This document shows, piece after piece, positions 60,765 to 64,000 of a stretch of 64,000 nucleotides of DNA (positions are counted from its first letter, which is position 1; every line of letters starts with the position of its first letter). The notes below the pieces were generated by a model. It had not been told where the DNA came from and searched no databases. It saw nothing but the letters and a program-made list of their open reading frames with translations. Origin of the DNA: Chiloscyllium plagiosum (taxonomy: Eukaryota); contig NC_057749.1 in NCBI RefSeq assembly GCF_004010195.1, forward strand, positions 20,570,095 to 20,634,094, read 5' to 3'. A program made the position numbers and the translations under genes.

Positions 60765-62130
60765 CAGTCATAGAGTCATACAGCATGGAAACAGACCTTT
60801 CAGTCTGCACCAACCAGACATCCCAATTTGACCTAGTCCCATTTGCCAGCATTTGACCTATATTCCTCTAAACATTTCCTATTCATTTATCCATCCAGAT
60901 GCCTTTAAAATGCTACAATTGTACCAGCCTCCACCACTTCCTCTGGTAACTCATTCCGTACCTATACCACGCTCTGCACGAAAGACTTACCCCTCAGGTC
61001 CTTTCTAAACCTATCCCTCTCACCTTAAACCTATGCCCTCTAGGTTTGGACTCCCCCACCCTAGGAAATAGACCTTGGCTATTCACTCTATCCACGCCCC
61101 TCATGATTTTATAAACCTCGATAAGATCACCCTCAGCCTCTGAAGATTCAAGGAACAAAACCACAGTTTATTCAGCCTTTCCCTATAAATCAAACCCTCC
61201 GGTCCCGGCAACATCTTTGTAAATCTTTTCTGCACACTTTCAAGTTTAACAACATCCTTCCCGTAGAAGGTTGACCTGAAGTGTATGCAGTATTCTAAAA
61301 GTGGCCTCACCACTGTCCTGGACAGCCACATGATATCTCAACTCCTATACTCAATGTTCTACCAATGAAGGCAAGTGTGCTAAATACCTTCTTCACCACC
61401 CTATCTACCTATGCACCCGCACCTCTAGGTCTCACAGAGATCCCCCTGTGGAGTTTGCACATTTCCCTCATGTTTTCTCCAGGTGTTCTGGTTTCCTCCT
61501 ACAGTCCAAAGATGTGCAGGTGGATTGGCCATGCTGAATTGCCTACAGTATCCAGGGACACACAAGTTAGGTGGATAAGCTATAGAAAACGCAGGGTTAC
61601 TGGTACAGGGTAAGCATAAGGGGATGGATCTGGGTGGGTTGCTCTTCAGGGGGTTGACGTAGATTTAATGGGCTGAATTGCCTGCTTTCACCCTGTAGGG
61701 ATTCTATCGATTAGTGTATGTCCTGCCCTGATTTGCCTTAGCAAAATGCAACATCTCTTAATTATCTAAATTAAATTCCGTCTGCTACTCCTCGGCCCAT
61801 TCGCCCATCTGATCAAGGTCCCGTTGCACTCCGAGATAATCTTTGTCATTGTCCACTACACTACCTATTTTGGCATCATCTGTAAACTTACTAACTGTAC
61901 CTCCAATATTCACATACGTGTTGAAAAGCAGTGGACCCAGCACTGATCCTTGTGGCACACACCGGTCACAGGCCAAAGTATGAAAAGCAACTCTCTACTA
62001 CCATCCTCCATCTCCTACCTTTATAGCAAATTTATATCCAATTGGCTATCTCCCACAGATCCCTTGTGATCTAACCTTACTAACCAGCCTACCATGCAGA
62101 CACTTGTTGTTGGACACTTTGTTAAGTCCG
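60765..62130 (-). mobile_element. HER1/CR1 3' fragment with a nested plus-strand V-SINE (about 61440-61707)
   Basis: VPQGSVLGPLLF, KFTDDAK and VRPLLEYCIHF remnants plus a HER1 tail. Confidence 0.85.
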
Positions 62131-62144
62131 TAAAGCCAACCTCT

Positions 62145-62400
62145 AATTGCCCATAAGAAGGTGAGCCGCCTGTTTGAACTGTTTTAACAGGTGTGGCGTA
62201 GGGGCACAAGCAGTACAATTAGGAAGGAAGTTCCAGGAGTTTGACCGAGCAACAGTGAAGGGACACTGATATAGTTCCCAGTCGGGTGGCGTGATTTGGA
62301 GGTAACTTGCAGGTGGTGGTGTCTCCATGGACCTGCTGCACTGGCCCTTTTAGGTGGTAGAGGTCACATACTTTGGAAGGTGCTGCCAAAGGATCCTCTG
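62145..62400 (-). mobile_element. Old LINE 3' fragment (same family as about 9890-10030)
   Basis: Remnant YQCPFTVARSNSWNFLPN...FKQAAHLL. Confidence 0.6.
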
Positions 62401-64000
62401 CTCGATGAACACAATAACTACAGAGTAGCCAACTGCCTTCAACAACAGCCACAGTAACCTTTAATAAATTTTGATACATAGTATCTTCACAGGGGGGTGG
62501 CAAATTAAGTCATAAGAATTAAAGAAAAACCTTACAGTTTAAAAATGAATACAAATAGAAAATGCATCAAGTGCACAAATATGTTGGCATTTATATAAAA
62601 AAAAGCTCAACATGATTAAGATCTATGATGTATTTGTACTTTCTCTTTACACCTGCTGACAAATTTGTTGCACATTCCAGTAACAACATTTTCTGCTTTA
62701 GTGGCAAAAAGGAGAAGCAATGTACTGTAAACACAAATGAGCTTGGCACGTAAAAAATGTGGTAACACTAACAGCAGTAATGTGCGTGTTTCAAAACATA
62801 GTGATATGGAATTGAGATAATCTAAATTTGTAGATGAAAATGAAAAGAAACATTTAGGAGAAAATAATCACCTTAGCCATGATAACCAGCATTGTAAGAC
62901 TGAGTTACATTTGGATTTCTATGCACAATTTTCCCACAAAAATTATTTAGTATCTGTTTCACAGAGAAGACTGCAGCTTTAATTTTCTGACTGGTAGAAT
63001 ATTTTCCAATGTAGGTGGTTCTTTATTCCTTTACAACCTTAAGCTTGACTGACACCAGATATCTGGGCTGATGGACTAGCAACATATGACAATGCCTAGA
63101 AATCTGCTCTGTATTCACTAGTAGAAATAAAATCATAAGTTACTTGGAATACAAGCTTGAATAGATGAGGTAGTTCAATAAAACTGAACTATCTGTAGTC
63201 TTATCTGTAAAAAACTGTTTCTTACCTACATTAGTAATCACTGTCTTCACTAGACAGATACTGAACTTCAATTTTCATGTCTAATTATTGGATTGAGACT
63301 GCAAAGCCTTTCAAAATAGGCCACTACATTTTGATCATGCGGAATGACTGCAATGTGACTCCTCCAAAGGGGAACTTGGGAGTCGAGATTCAATGAAGTC
63401 TGATGGCATATGTCACACATGGGCAAGGAAACATCCTGCTGATTACCACTTCCACCTTCTCTCAGCTGACAGATCAGCATTTCACCATGTCAAAAACCAT
63501 GTCAAGAAGCACAAAAGAGATCAAGGGTACAGAATCTACTCTAGGTAGAGAACTTAAATTTCTATCACCAAGCGTGGTTCAGAGGCAACATATCTGACTG
63601 AGCCGGCAGAACCTTGAAAGAACTATCTGCCACATTAGCCCTGCAGCAGCTAACAAGAAAACCAACATGAAGGGAAAAACCAACTTGACTTCACTCTGAC
63701 CAGTCTACCTTGCGCAGATGTATTTGTCCATGACTGTGTTGGTAGGAGTAACAAGCACATAGTGCTTGTGGCGGTACAGTTCAAAACTAGACATTCATGG
63801 CATACTGTGGCATCAACAACCAAACTGCATTCCACCACTACCTGTAAATGAAGTGTCATATTCCTCACTCCACCATTACCGTCAAGCTAGGGGTCCAACC
63901 CTGGTTCAGTAAAACAGTTGCACCTGGGTGTACCTAAAGATGTGGTGTGAACACAGGAATGATAACTGAAATTTAGAGATGTCCTAATTATCAGAAGCAG

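Noticed and set aside
59650..64000. Search for the next upstream ZNF592 exon
   Set aside because: No zinc-finger frame with splice sites found; only LINE remnants and AT-rich intron, so the exon must lie beyond the window.

Overview
Repeat-dense vertebrate genomic DNA, almost certainly elasmobranch (shark): it is full of HE1-type V-SINEs and HER1/CR1 LINEs. The only supportable host gene is the 3' part of a C2H2 zinc-finger gene of the ZNF592/ZNF532/ZNF687 family, most like ZNF592, on the minus strand. I reconstructed five coding exons with consistent GT-AG sites and phases (59487-59649, 48327-48602, 34988-35100, 29236-29371, 27322-27813) and a probable ~4.3 kb 3' UTR; upstream exons lie outside the window. 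The rest is nested retroelements. The most interesting signal is two families of Penelope-like (PLE) terminal-repeat insertions carrying minimal hammerhead-ribozyme cores (CTGANGA-stem-GAAA-palindromic tetramer). Some form long palindromes with 10-14 bp target-site duplications (TSDs), several lie sense to the ZNF592 pre-mRNA, and one is attached to a GIY-YIG endonuclease remnant. Other findings are an ORF1-only internally deleted CR1, a 58 bp 3' extension shared by two LINE copies, and a four-layer nested insertion. Repeat boundaries are approximate and family names come from recognising motifs, not from a database search.
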